DNA from: Nitrospirota bacterium
Lineage (GTDB): Bacteria; Nitrospirota; Nitrospiria; 2-01-FULL-66-17
DNA: 64,000 nt
Direction: 5' to 3'
Assembly (NCBI GenBank): GCA_049325335.1
Contig: JBMOMC010000002.1
Location: forward strand, 352,001 to 416,000
Position 1 is the first letter of the stretch. Each line of letters opens with the position of its first letter. A program made the translations under genes and the position numbers. Below are positions 1 through 9,742 of this stretch, one piece after another. Below the pieces are notes generated by a model. It was not told the DNA's origin, ran no database searches, and saw nothing but the letters and a program-made list of their open reading frames with translations.

Positions 1-52
1 CGTGTGACCGACCGGCTTGTCGGGCTCTCGCGGGCCGTGGTATCGTCCAGGC

Positions 53-556
53 GTGGCACCGTTCGAGACTAATCGTTCCGTGGCGCGCGCGTTCATCAAG
101 ATGGCCCAACTCCTGGAACGCCAGGGGGAGAATCCGTACCGCGCGCGCGCGTACCGTCGGGGCGCCGGGGCGGTGTGGGCCTGCCGCGAACCCATCGAAC
201 GCCTGGCCGCGCTCGGAAGGCTTGAAACGTTGTCCGGCATCGGGGAGGACTTGGCCGCCAAGATCCATGAAATTTTGGACACCGGAACATTCGCGGGGTA
301 CGAGTCCCAGGTTCGCCAATCCGACCCTGCGGTGCACGCCCTGGTCCAAGACGGCTTGACGCCGGACCTGGCGTTACTGGTCGACGCGTACCGGCGCCGG
401 GGAGCGATGGACGAGTTGCGGGGACTGGCAGCCTCCCATCTGCTTCGGAGCCTGCCCGGGGTGACGCGGGATGCCGAACAGCGATTGCTGGCCTGGATCG
501 CGGGACCGCACGCTTCGCAAGCGTCGGGGAAAGGTCCCCACCGCGTGACGGATTAG
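53..556 (+). CDS. Stand-alone PolX N-terminal (8-kDa lyase/helix-hairpin-helix) domain protein
   Basis: TNRSVARAF..MAQLLE..GENPYRARAYRR..LSGIGEDLAAKIHEILDTG matches the PolX N-terminus. No palm or PHP domain follows. GTG start at 53 assumed. Confidence 0.75.
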   Translation: MAPFETNRSVARAFIKMAQLLERQGENPYRARAYRRGAGAVWACREPIERLAALGRLETLSGIGEDLAAKIHEILDTGTFAGYESQVRQSDPAVHALVQDGLTPDLALLVDAYRRRGAMDELRGLAASHLLRSLPGVTRDAEQRLLAWIAGPHASQASGKGPHRVTD

Positions 557-732
557 TCGGATACTTATGAGTCGGTTGGACGGACTCAACGAAAGACGGT
601 GTGCGCCGTGGGTCGGTGTGTGTTGCGAACAACGAACACCGGAACCAGCCACACGTTTGTTGACGCCGCCACATTAACCACATATTAAAGCGACTACGCC
701 ACACTCGGTAGCGTTCGTCCCATCGGGAATTC

Positions 733-761
733 TTGTCAAGGACCCCGCCCCTTCCTATAAT
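733..761 (+). promoter_or_regulatory. sigma70-type promoter, probably leaderless transcript
   Basis: TTGTCA(733-738)-N17-TATAAT(756-761), 7 nt before GTG 769, no SD. Confidence 0.65.
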
Positions 762-768
762 CAGGCGC

Positions 769-1548
769 GTGAGCGTGTTTCGGTTGGTTGGAGGGGTTGC
801 CTCGTTGCTCGTCATCGCGTCGGGCATCGGATCGTCGGCGTTCGGAACATCGCCCGTGCCGTTCGGTCACGGCGAGCGCTTGGTGTACTCGATCGGGTGG
901 TACAACGTGGTCGGGGGCACCGCGACCCTGGACGTGGACGAGGCGGAATATCAGGGTGTCCCGGTATACCGGGTGCGGTCGCTGGCCAAATCCAATGCAT
1001 TCGTGTCCGTGTTTTTCCCGGTGGAAGATCGGATCGAGAGTTTAATCGACCGCGACACGTTGAGCGCGCTGCGGTTGGACGTCAAACAACGGCAGGGCAA
1101 ACGGAAACGCGACCGGGTCACGGAATTTGATCAGGTCAACCACACCGCGACCGTGGTCAAGAACGGGCAACAGAAAGTCTTCGAGATTCCGCCCGATGTC
1201 CAGGACTCCTTGTCCTGTTTGTATTATTTCCGGAGTTTGCCGGCGATTCGCGTGGGGGAGACCGTGACGATCGACGTGCACGAGAGCAACAAGAACTGGC
1301 GCCTGGGCATTGAGGCGCAAAAGCGGGAGCGGATCAGGACAGAGGCCGGGGAGTTTATGACGATCCGGGTCAAGGCGAAGGTGGAGTTCGAAGGGGTGTT
1401 TTTAGATCGCGGCGACGTGTACGTGTGGTTTACGGACGACGAGCGGCGGCTGCCCGTGCGCATGGATAGTCAAATCAAGGTCGGACGCATTTCAGCCAAA
1501 CTGATCAAGTACCGCCCGCCGGCATCGGTCGAGGCGCGATTGCAGTGA
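769..1548 (+). CDS. DUF3108 family exported protein
   Basis: N-terminal hydrophobic segment; PFGHGERLVY, QDSLSCLYYFR, VWFTDDERRLPVRM typical of DUF3108. Confidence 0.8.
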   Translation: MSVFRLVGGVASLLVIASGIGSSAFGTSPVPFGHGERLVYSIGWYNVVGGTATLDVDEAEYQGVPVYRVRSLAKSNAFVSVFFPVEDRIESLIDRDTLSALRLDVKQRQGKRKRDRVTEFDQVNHTATVVKNGQQKVFEIPPDVQDSLSCLYYFRSLPAIRVGETVTIDVHESNKNWRLGIEAQKRERIRTEAGEFMTIRVKAKVEFEGVFLDRGDVYVWFTDDERRLPVRMDSQIKVGRISAKLIKYRPPASVEARLQ

Positions 1549-1745
1549 GCGCGCCCGCGCCGTGCCCCATCTGTCGCACGCGGACCGCCGACCCTGCGCA
1601 CGCCCCGTTTTGCGGGGCGCGGTGTCGTGATGTGGACATGGGCCAGTGGTTGTCAGGCACCTACCGTGTGCCAAGCGAAGAGCCGGCCCAGCCCGACGCG
1701 TCGGATCCGTCCGATGGGGCCGAACATGGCGGCCCCGACCATTAA
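1545..1745 (+). CDS. yacG: DNA gyrase inhibitor YacG
   Basis: CPIC...PFCGARCRDVDMGQWLSGTYRVP. Confidence 0.9.
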   Translation: MSAPAPCPICRTRTADPAHAPFCGARCRDVDMGQWLSGTYRVPSEEPAQPDASDPSDGAEHGGPDH

Positions 1746-1807
1746 GAGACCGCAGTTGCGCTTGTGTTTCCAGCCAGCCTTCGCTAGAGTAACCCAACGC
1801 GCGAACG

Positions 1808-2242
1808 GTGTGGACGGCTGTGACGGAACCCATCACGTATCGAGTAGGCGGTCCGTTCGACTTGGACCAGGTCCAGCGGTTGTTAGATCAGACGCCCTGG
1901 GCGCGCGGACGCTCAAAGGACGGGTTGTCGCGGATGCTCGCGCATTCGGATTTTGTGTTTACCGCGTGGGACGGGCCGACGGTCGTCGCGTTCGCGCGGG
2001 TGTTGACCGATCAAGTCTACCGCGCCACGTTGTGGGACGTGGTGGTGGACGCGTCGTATCAGGGGCGCGGGGTCGGCGAGGGGTTGCTCTCGTTCATGCT
2101 GGCGCATCCCGTGCTCTCGCGCGTCGAGAAATTTTGGCTCAACACGCGCGACAAGCAGAAGTTCTACGAGCGATTCGGATTCGTCTCGAGCAATCAGGGG
2201 ATGGTGTTGGAGCGGCCGCGCAACGACGAGGCCGGAGCGTGA
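1808..2242 (+). CDS. GNAT family N-acetyltransferase
   Basis: LWDVVVDASYQGRGVG acetyl-CoA motif; FYERFGF. Upstream TTGTGT-N17-TAGAGT promoter (1762-1790). Confidence 0.85.
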   Translation: MWTAVTEPITYRVGGPFDLDQVQRLLDQTPWARGRSKDGLSRMLAHSDFVFTAWDGPTVVAFARVLTDQVYRATLWDVVVDASYQGRGVGEGLLSFMLAHPVLSRVEKFWLNTRDKQKFYERFGFVSSNQGMVLERPRNDEAGA

Positions 2243-2264
2243 CGAGGATCGGAGGCGCGCGGCG

Positions 2265-3419
2265 GTGCACGCGGTGCTGAACCACGAACGGCTTATCGAC
2301 TATTTCATGGACCTGGTCCGGATCGACAGTCTCTCGCGCCGCGAGGGAGCGATCGCCAGCCGGTTGACCGCTGATCTGGAGGCGCTGGGCGCCAAGGTCC
2401 GTATCGACGAGGCCGGGGAGCGCGTCGGGGGCGAAACCGGAAACGTCATCGCTTCGATCCCCGGGACCGCACCGGGGCCGTGGTTGTTGCTCTCCGCGCA
2501 CATGGACACCGTCGTGCCCGGCGAGGGGGTCGTCCCGATTCGACGCGGCGACCGCATCACCAGCGACGGGCGGACGATCTTGGGCGGTGACGACAAGTCG
2601 GGCCTGGCCATCATCGTGGAAGTGCTCCGTACCTTGGCCGAGCGCCGTATTCCGCACGGCGGGATCGAGATCGCGTTTACGATCTGCGAGGAAATGGGGT
2701 TGATGGGTGCCAAACATCTGGACGCGGACGCACTCACTGCGCGGCACGGGTTGGTGTTGGATTCGGAAAACGCCAATTTCCTGTTCACCAAAGGGCCGGC
2801 TGCGGACAAGATAGAGTTTACCGTGACGGGGCTTGAAGCTCACTCCGGAATCGCTCCGGAGCGGGGCATCTCCGCGATCAAGGTCATGAGCGAGGCGATC
2901 GCGGCCATGCGGTTGGGCCGCATCGATGACGAAACCACCGCGAACCTTGGCGTGATGCGCGCTGGTTCCCTGACCAATATTATTCCGCGGGACGCTACGG
3001 TAGCGGGCGAAGCGCGCAGCCTCGACGAGGCGAAGTTGGACGCGCAGACCGCGCACATGCGACGCTGTATGTACGAGGCGGCCGAACGCCATTCTGTGAA
3101 CGTGGACGGGGTGACGCATCACGCGCGGGTGGCGGAACGCATCGAACGGGATTTCCCGCGCCTCGACGTGCCGGACGATGCGCCGATCGTGCGCGCGGTG
3201 CTGGCCGCGGCCGGGGCGGTGGGGTGGTCGGTGAGCACGCGTTCGACTGGCGGCGGGTGCGACGCGAACGTGTTCAATCACAAGGGCCTACGCGTGGCCA
3301 ATTTAGGGACGGGCATGCGCGCCATTCACACGGTGAACGAGTACTTGTTGCTCGATGAGTTCACGCGGGCGGGCGAGGTGGTGCTGGAGACCGTCCGGCG
3401 GCACGCCGGGTCGAGGTGA
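2265..3419 (+). CDS. M20/M25/M40 family metallopeptidase (PepT-like)
   Basis: SAHMDTV, LGGDDKSG, CEEMG, GGGCDAN, IHTVNE. Confidence 0.9.
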   Translation: MHAVLNHERLIDYFMDLVRIDSLSRREGAIASRLTADLEALGAKVRIDEAGERVGGETGNVIASIPGTAPGPWLLLSAHMDTVVPGEGVVPIRRGDRITSDGRTILGGDDKSGLAIIVEVLRTLAERRIPHGGIEIAFTICEEMGLMGAKHLDADALTARHGLVLDSENANFLFTKGPAADKIEFTVTGLEAHSGIAPERGISAIKVMSEAIAAMRLGRIDDETTANLGVMRAGSLTNIIPRDATVAGEARSLDEAKLDAQTAHMRRCMYEAAERHSVNVDGVTHHARVAERIERDFPRLDVPDDAPIVRAVLAAAGAVGWSVSTRSTGGGCDANVFNHKGLRVANLGTGMRAIHTVNEYLLLDEFTRAGEVVLETVRRHAGSR

Positions 3420-3451
3420 CCACGGAGTAGGACGCGCAAGGAGGGACGGCG

Positions 3452-4162
3452 ATTCGACTCAAGGACAAAGTGGCGTTGGTGACGGGCGGGGGGCGCGGCA
3501 TCGGTCGGCAGATCGCGTTGGCGTTCGCGGCCGAAGGCGCGCACGTGGCGGTGGCCGCGCGGACGGAGCGAGAAATTAAGCCGGTGGCCGAGCGGATCGC
3601 CGCGTTGGGACGGCGCGCGTTGGCGGTGCCGACCAACGTGACGGATGAAACGCGGGTGGCGGAGTTGGTGGCGGAGACGGAACGCGCGTTCGGACGGATC
3701 GATATTTTGGTGAACAGCGCGGCGGTCGCCATCATCGAACCGCTGGCCAATACCACGGCGGATCAGTGGCGCCGAACCCTGGACGTGAACGCGACCGCCG
3801 CGTTTTTGACGATCCGGGCCGCGATGCCCGGCATGTTGAAGCGCAATGACGGCCGGATCATCAACATCGCGTCCACCGCCGGCCTTGAGGGGTTCGCGAA
3901 CTTTTCCGCGTTTTGCGCGTCCAAGTTCGCGTTGATCGGCCTGACCCGTTCGTTGGCCAAGGAGTTGGAGGGCACCGCGGTGACCGCCAACGCATTGTGC
4001 CCGGCGCTGGTGGGCACTAAACGCGCGGCGCCGACAGGACCCAAAACTCGCGCGAGCGCGCCGGAACCGTTTTCCGAGATCGCGGACGTCGCGGTGTTTT
4101 TGGCCGGGGATCGGGGGAGGGCGGTCTCTGGCGCGGCCATCGAAATCTCCTGGCGCACATAG
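3452..4162 (+). CDS. SDR family oxidoreductase, probable ATT start
   Basis: IRLKDKVALVTGGGRGIG, NSAA, FCASK (catalytic Tyr replaced by Phe). AAGGAGG lies 7 nt before ATT 3452 and there is an in-frame stop at 3428. Confidence 0.8.
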   Translation: MRLKDKVALVTGGGRGIGRQIALAFAAEGAHVAVAARTEREIKPVAERIAALGRRALAVPTNVTDETRVAELVAETERAFGRIDILVNSAAVAIIEPLANTTADQWRRTLDVNATAAFLTIRAAMPGMLKRNDGRIINIASTAGLEGFANFSAFCASKFALIGLTRSLAKELEGTAVTANALCPALVGTKRAAPTGPKTRASAPEPFSEIADVAVFLAGDRGRAVSGAAIEISWRT

Positions 4163-4287
4163 GCGCCCGTTGATCAGGGGCCATCTGCGGCGTTGTCGCT
4201 TCGGAATCCCTCCTCACGTACGACCCAGTACGCTGTGGGGGGATTCCTCGCTCCGCCTTGCATCTGGCCCGCTGCTGAACGGGCGCC
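4162..4287 (+). repeat. Structured intergenic repeat, copy A
   Basis: Termini GGCGCCCGTT/AACGGGCGCC; cores CATCTGCGGCGTTGTC, CTCACGTAC-N6-GTACGCT, CTCGCTCCGCCTTGCATCTG shared with the copies at 26.2, 56.3 and 57.8 kb. Confidence 0.9.
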
Positions 4288-4321
4288 GATTCCGCGGAGG
4301 ATCAACAGAAAAAATCATGAG

Positions 4322-4981
4322 ATGATCAAGGCAAAGTCGTTGACGATCGACCTACTGTTGTTCGATTTGGATGGCACGCTGGCGGATACCAAGGAGGATT
4401 TGGCGACCGCGGTGAACCTCACGTTACGCGACTACGGCGTGCCCGAGCACCCGCGGGAACGGATCTACGAGTTTGTGGGCGACGGGGTGCGGCCGCTGCT
4501 GGCGCGCGCGTTTGAGAGCCGCGGGGCGCAGGTGTTCGACGAGGCGCTGGGCGTGTTCCGGCGGCACTACTTAGAGCATTTGCTCGACGCGACGCGGTTG
4601 TATCCCGGCGTCGAAGCGGTATTGACCCATTTTGCCGGAAAGAAAAAGGGCGTGGTGACCAATAAGCCCATCGAATACACGATCAAATTGATCGAAGGTC
4701 TCGGCGCGCGCGCGCGCTTCGACGTGATCGTGGGCGGGAACAGCACGCCGCACCTCAAACCCCATCCGGCCATGATCGAGCGGGCGTTGGGCACGGTGGG
4801 GATCAAACCCGAGCGGGCCGTGATGATTGGCGACAACGTCAACGATATTCACGCGGCTCGCGCGGCGGGTGTGCACTCCGTGGCGGTCGGCTACGGCCTG
4901 GGCAATCCTGCCGTGCTCAAAGCCGCGGGACCTGATTTTTTTTGCGAGCGTCTTGAAGAGGTGATCGACCTTTTTTCGTGA
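4322..4981 (+). CDS. HAD family hydrolase (phosphoglycolate phosphatase-like)
   Basis: FDLDGTL, VVTNK, KPHP, MIGDNVND. Confidence 0.88.
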   Translation: MIKAKSLTIDLLLFDLDGTLADTKEDLATAVNLTLRDYGVPEHPRERIYEFVGDGVRPLLARAFESRGAQVFDEALGVFRRHYLEHLLDATRLYPGVEAVLTHFAGKKKGVVTNKPIEYTIKLIEGLGARARFDVIVGGNSTPHLKPHPAMIERALGTVGIKPERAVMIGDNVNDIHAARAAGVHSVAVGYGLGNPAVLKAAGPDFFCERLEEVIDLFS

Positions 4982-4989
4982 GGCGTGGC

Positions 4990-5670
4990 ATGCGTCCTCG
5001 AACCATGATGATCGTCCTGGGAGTGTTGTTCGCCTGCGCGGGTTGTGCCACGCCCCGGCAGTCCGCCGACGAGGTCAATTCCGGGTTGCTGTGGTTCGTC
5101 CCGTTGGACGATGCGGCGGGGTGGGCGCTTGCGGACCCGGGGGCCATGCGGTTGGAGCGATCCCCCACGGTCGTGCTCGCCTGGGGCCCATCCGCGTCGG
5201 ACGGCCCACGCGTGCCGACATTGATCCGCTCCGATCGGGAACAGTGGATTGCCGCCATTAAATCCAAGCTGGAGGGCAGCGGGTGGGTCACGCGCGTGGA
5301 GGGTAGCGCCCCGGAAACGTTTGAAGGCGGGGTCACCGTGAACGGGTTGCGGACGCTAGCCAGCGCTCGGGACGCGGATTTGATCGTGCTGTTCGGGCGC
5401 GACGTGTCGGAGCGGCGGTACCACGTGTCGTGGCCGACCCGGCCCGTGTACGTGGTGGACGTCATCGAAATCCGGACCACGGCGCGGGCGGTGGGAGTGA
5501 CGTCCGCGGGGCGTCCGGTGTTCGCCGAAGCCCAGACCGGTTTCGAGGAGGGGCGGACGTTGTTTGAGTCGGAGGTGCGTGAAGCCTCGAGCCGGTCGGC
5601 CGTGAACGCATTGGCCGACGCCATTGTGCGGCGGCTCAAGCAGATCGCGCCTCAACAAGGCGCGCCGTGA
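4990..5670 (+). CDS. Hypothetical lipoprotein
   Basis: Signal peptide ending in lipobox-like FACAGC; overlaps the next gene by 4 nt. Confidence 0.6.
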   Translation: MRPRTMMIVLGVLFACAGCATPRQSADEVNSGLLWFVPLDDAAGWALADPGAMRLERSPTVVLAWGPSASDGPRVPTLIRSDREQWIAAIKSKLEGSGWVTRVEGSAPETFEGGVTVNGLRTLASARDADLIVLFGRDVSERRYHVSWPTRPVYVVDVIEIRTTARAVGVTSAGRPVFAEAQTGFEEGRTLFESEVREASSRSAVNALADAIVRRLKQIAPQQGAP

Positions 5671-7175
5671 GCCGGTTGGTTCGAGGCGCCGCGCTGGCTG
5701 CGTGGTTGGTGAGCGTGCCGCTCGCGGCGGACGCGGCCTCACTGCTGGAGGGCCGCGTCGTGGAACGCACGCTGGCGAACGGCTTGCGCGTGTTGATCGT
5801 GAAGCGCGCCGCGGTGCCCACCGTGTCCTACAACCTCACCGTGCGGGTGGGATCGGTGGACGAGCCGGGCGGGAAGAGCGGTCTGGCGCATCTCTTCGAG
5901 CACATGGCGTTTAAGGGCACGGAGACGATCGGGACCGCGGATTTTTCCCGCGAACAGCCGTTGTTGGAGGAGGTGGATCGGCTCGAAGCCGACCTGCGAC
6001 GCGCGGTGAACGCGCCCAGTGTGCACGACGAGGAACGGACCGCGGACCTGCGTCGGCGGTTCGACGAGGCGCAGGCGCGAGCCCGATCGTTGGTGGCGCC
6101 GAACGAATACGGCGCGCTGTATGATCGGCACGGCGCGGTCGGGTTCAACGCGACCACGGGTGCGGACCTGACGCGGTACACGGTCAGCTTGCCGGCCAAT
6201 CGGTTGCCGCTGTGGACGGCGTTGGAGGCCGATCGGTTCAGTCGGCCGGTGTTCCGCGAGTTTTACACCGAGCGGGACGTGGTGCTGGAGGAGCGGCGGA
6301 TGCGGGTGGAGAACAACCCGGGAGGCAAACTCTACGAAGCCTTGTTATCCACGGCGTTCTCCACGCATCCGTATCGCGTGCCCACGATCGGGTGGGGTTC
6401 GGAAGTCGCGGCGTTGGCCGCGCCGGACGCCAAGGCGTTTTTCCGCGGCCACTACGGCCCGGGAAACTCGGTGATCGCCATCGTGGGCGACGTGGACGTC
6501 GACGACGCGTTACGGCGAGTGGCGGACGCGTTCGGCTCGATTCCCGCGCGACCGTCGCCCGAGCCTCTTGCCACGCGCGAGCCGTCCCAAGAGGGGGAAC
6601 GGCGGGTCGAAGTCGAATACGACGCGCAACCGCAATTGCTCATTGCGTACCACCGGCCCGGAATCGAGGACCCCGACGATCCGGTGTTCGACGTGATCGA
6701 GTCCCTACTCTCGTCCGGGAGACGATCGCGCTTGTACGCCGAGTTAGTGAGCGCGCGTCAGGTGGCGGTGGCGGCTTCCGCCAACGCGAGCGCGCCCGGC
6801 ATCCGCTACCCGACGTTGTTCGTGGTGGATGCGGTTCCGCGAGCCCCACACACGCTGGACGACGTCGAGTCCGCGTTGTTGGAGCAGATCGAGCGCCTAC
6901 GACGCGAGCCGGTGTCCGAGCGCGAACTGACGCGGGTGGTGAACCGGCTCGACGCGGACCTGGTTCGCTCGCTGCAGTCCAACGCGGGACTGGCCTCCCA
7001 ATTGGCGTATTTTCAATCCGTCATCGGCGACTGGCGGTACGTACTCACGATTCGAGATCGGGTGGCCGCGGTCACGCCCAAGGATATTCAACGCGTGGCT
7101 GCGAAGTGGTTCGTCAAATCCAATCGGACCGTGGCGCGGTTGGTCAAGCCCTCCCCCCCGGGGGAGACGCCGTGA
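5667..7175 (+). CDS. M16 family (pitrilysin-like) zinc protease, catalytic subunit
   Basis: GLAHLFEHMAFKG inverted zinc motif (HxxEH), FNATT, ERDVVLEERR; signal peptide. Confidence 0.92.
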   Translation: MSRLVRGAALAAWLVSVPLAADAASLLEGRVVERTLANGLRVLIVKRAAVPTVSYNLTVRVGSVDEPGGKSGLAHLFEHMAFKGTETIGTADFSREQPLLEEVDRLEADLRRAVNAPSVHDEERTADLRRRFDEAQARARSLVAPNEYGALYDRHGAVGFNATTGADLTRYTVSLPANRLPLWTALEADRFSRPVFREFYTERDVVLEERRMRVENNPGGKLYEALLSTAFSTHPYRVPTIGWGSEVAALAAPDAKAFFRGHYGPGNSVIAIVGDVDVDDALRRVADAFGSIPARPSPEPLATREPSQEGERRVEVEYDAQPQLLIAYHRPGIEDPDDPVFDVIESLLSSGRRSRLYAELVSARQVAVAASANASAPGIRYPTLFVVDAVPRAPHTLDDVESALLEQIERLRREPVSERELTRVVNRLDADLVRSLQSNAGLASQLAYFQSVIGDWRYVLTIRDRVAAVTPKDIQRVAAKWFVKSNRTVARLVKPSPPGETP

Positions 7176-8644
7176 CGCGCTACTCGCTCGCGGGGCTCAT
7201 GATCGCGCTGATTGCGTCGGCTGCGTTGGCCGCGACCGGCCCGTCCGCGTCCACGCCGGTTGATCCGCGCGCGATGGCGTTTCCGACCGAGCCGTTTACG
7301 CCGCCCAAGGCCGAACGGATCAGGCTTTCCAACGGGATGATCGTCTATCTGCTGGAAGATCACGAACTCCCCTTGGTCAGCCTGAGCGCGATGATTCGAA
7401 CCGGGAGCATGTACGACCCGGCGGACAAGGTGGGGCTTGCGGAATTGGCCGGGACCGTGATCCGCACCGGGGGCTCCGCGTTGCGTTCCGGCGACGAGTT
7501 GGACGATGCGCTCGAGTTCGTGGGCGCGGAAATGAGCTCGTGGGCCGGCCTGGATTCCGCGGGCGCGTCGTTAAACGTATTGACCAAGGATTTGCCGAGC
7601 GGTCTGGAGATGTTCGCCGAGATGTTGATGCGCCCGGCGTTCGCCCCAGAGAAAGTGGACCTCGCGAAAAACCAGATGATCGAGGCCGTGCGTCGGCGCA
7701 ACGATCATCCCGGCTCGATTGCGGCGCGGGAATTCAGAAAACTGTTGTACGGAGCGGACCACCCGTACGGCCGCGAGAGCACCGAGGCCACGATCCGCGC
7801 CGTGACGCGCGAGGACCTCACGGCGTTTCACCGGCGGTACTACCATCCCAACAACATCATGTTGGCCGTGACCGGCGATATTCGCCGCGACGACCTCCTG
7901 GCGTTGCTGCGGCGCGGGTTCCAGGCGTGGCCTCGGGCCGCGGTGACATGGCCGTCGGTGCCGCCCGTGGGCGAACCGCGAAACGCGCCGGTCAATTTCA
8001 TCAGCCGAGACGTTACTCAAACGCAGGTGCGGATGGGATGGCTGTCGATCAAACAGTCCGATCCGGATTTTTTCGCCCTCTCGTTGCTGGACGACATCGT
8101 GGGTGGGCAGGCGTTCACCAGCCGGCTGTTTCAGGAGGTGCGCACCAAGGCCGGGTTGGCCTATTCCGTCGGTAGCGCGCTTAACGCGGGACGGTTCGAT
8201 CGCGGCTCGTTTGTGTTGTTCGCGCAAACCAAGGCCGAGTCCACCACGCGCGCCATCGAGGCGATCCGCGCGGAGATCAACCGCGTGGCGAGTGAACCGG
8301 TGTCGGAACGGGAGTTGGCCGACGCCAAACAGGCGTTCGTCAATTCGTTCGTGTTTTCGTTTTCCAGCCCGGCACAAATTACCAACCGACAGATGTCGCT
8401 CGAGTACTACGGGTTGCCGGCCGATTTTTTGGATCGATTCCGCGCCAACGTCGAGAACGTGACCGCGCGGGATCTCCTGCGGGTGGCGAAACGTCACCTG
8501 GATCCTGGACGGCTCGTGGTGCTCGCGGTGGGGGATGATCAGCGGTTTGACAAACCCCTTGCCACGGTCGGGCGCGTTCGAACCTTGACTGTCAGCGAAC
8601 CGGGCGGACCGTCCCCGTCGCCCGGCGCGACGGACGCTCAGTAA
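7172..8644 (+). CDS. M16 family protease, non-catalytic partner subunit
   Basis: LSNGMIVYLLEDHELP, SRLFQEVRTKAGLAYSV; lacks HxxEH; GTG overlaps the upstream stop. Confidence 0.9.
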   Translation: MTRYSLAGLMIALIASAALAATGPSASTPVDPRAMAFPTEPFTPPKAERIRLSNGMIVYLLEDHELPLVSLSAMIRTGSMYDPADKVGLAELAGTVIRTGGSALRSGDELDDALEFVGAEMSSWAGLDSAGASLNVLTKDLPSGLEMFAEMLMRPAFAPEKVDLAKNQMIEAVRRRNDHPGSIAAREFRKLLYGADHPYGRESTEATIRAVTREDLTAFHRRYYHPNNIMLAVTGDIRRDDLLALLRRGFQAWPRAAVTWPSVPPVGEPRNAPVNFISRDVTQTQVRMGWLSIKQSDPDFFALSLLDDIVGGQAFTSRLFQEVRTKAGLAYSVGSALNAGRFDRGSFVLFAQTKAESTTRAIEAIRAEINRVASEPVSERELADAKQAFVNSFVFSFSSPAQITNRQMSLEYYGLPADFLDRFRANVENVTARDLLRVAKRHLDPGRLVVLAVGDDQRFDKPLATVGRVRTLTVSEPGGPSPSPGATDAQ

Positions 8645-9741
8645 CGTTTTTGGATCAGCAACGCGGCCGCGACCGCGACGAACAATCCGTTGGCCAGCCA
8701 GGCGGCCAACGCGGGGTGGAGCGCGCCACCTCGTCCCAGCGAGATCGAGAGCGAATACACCATCCAGTACGCCAACGCGACCAGCAACCCGATGCCCACC
8801 GCCATACCCCACCCTCCGCGTCGCGAGTCCATGAGTCCGAAGGGAATCCCGATGATGGACATGACGATCGTGATGAAGGGCACGGAAAATCTGGACGCGG
8901 CGTCCACCGCGTACCGCCCAGGTTTGATACCCGAGGCATCCAAGTCCTCCACGTACGCCCGTAACTGGGGGTAACTGAGGAACTCTTCCTTGACCTCGAT
9001 CTGCCCGAAGTCGTCGGGCATCTTGGCCAGATCGAGCGGGCGTTCGGCGAATCGCTCCACGCGCACGGAACCGTCGTCGAGAAATCGACGCTCGATCCCG
9101 TCGAACGCGGTCCACGCGCCGCGATCGAACGTGACGCGAGCGGCGTTGATCTCGCGATCGAGGGTGAATCCCGTCCCCACCTCATACAGCCGGACGCCAT
9201 ACAGGGAATTGGACGCGGGGTCGGTCATCCGGACGTTCAGGAAGGTTCGGCGCTCCAGTCGGACCCAGACGCGGTTGCGTTGAAGAGCGGACGGGCTCGG
9301 ACGGCCATCGATCCGGACGTTTTTGACGTGTTGCGCGCTTGCGAACGCGGCGGGGATCAGCGACCAGTTGGCTGCGAACGCAGCCCCGGCCAAGACCGCT
9401 GAGGCGAGCACGATGGGGGTCACGATGCGTGAGAGCCCGACGCCGCATGCGCGCAGGGCGGTGACCTCGTGTTGGCGAGACAGGAGGCTCACGGTCAACA
9501 CGCCGGCGATCAGTCCGGCCAGCGGCAACACTTCGTACGCGGCGCGCGGCATTTTGAGCGCCAGATACGCGGCCAACGCGGTCAGCTCCGGTTGGTGGTC
9601 GGCGGCCTTTCCCGCCTTACTGAAGATTTCCGTGATCGAATAAATCAACACCAGCGCGGCGAGCGCGAGGCCCGCGACGCGGAGGTATTGCCGGGCGATA
9701 TATCGAAAGAGGATCGGCATGGTCGGCGGCGGTCCGCTCAC
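8638..9741 (-). CDS. lptG: LPS export ABC permease LptG
   Basis: ILFRYIAR, HEVTALRACGV, LHPALAAWLAN; YjgP/Q topology; tandem with the lptF-like gene. Confidence 0.85.
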   Translation of the reverse strand: MSGPPPTMPILFRYIARQYLRVAGLALAALVLIYSITEIFSKAGKAADHQPELTALAAYLALKMPRAAYEVLPLAGLIAGVLTVSLLSRQHEVTALRACGVGLSRIVTPIVLASAVLAGAAFAANWSLIPAAFASAQHVKNVRIDGRPSPSALQRNRVWVRLERRTFLNVRMTDPASNSLYGVRLYEVGTGFTLDREINAARVTFDRGAWTAFDGIERRFLDDGSVRVERFAERPLDLAKMPDDFGQIEVKEEFLSYPQLRAYVEDLDASGIKPGRYAVDAASRFSVPFITIVMSIIGIPFGLMDSRRGGWGMAVGIGLLVALAYWMVYSLSISLGRGGALHPALAAWLANGLFVAVAAALLIQKRY

Positions 9742-9742
9742 G

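Noticed and set aside
574..604. Hammerhead-like CTTATGAG...CGAAA segment
   Set aside because: The core should be CUGANGA but has T at the invariant G, stem II does not close next to GAAA, and no stems I/III were found.
6212..7171. N-terminal extensions in the ORF track (810-aa M16, 786-aa OppA, 597-aa OppC) suggesting fusions
   Set aside because: The extensions are Arg-rich alternative-frame readings that overlap the upstream genes. The true starts coincide with signal peptides or stop/start overlaps.
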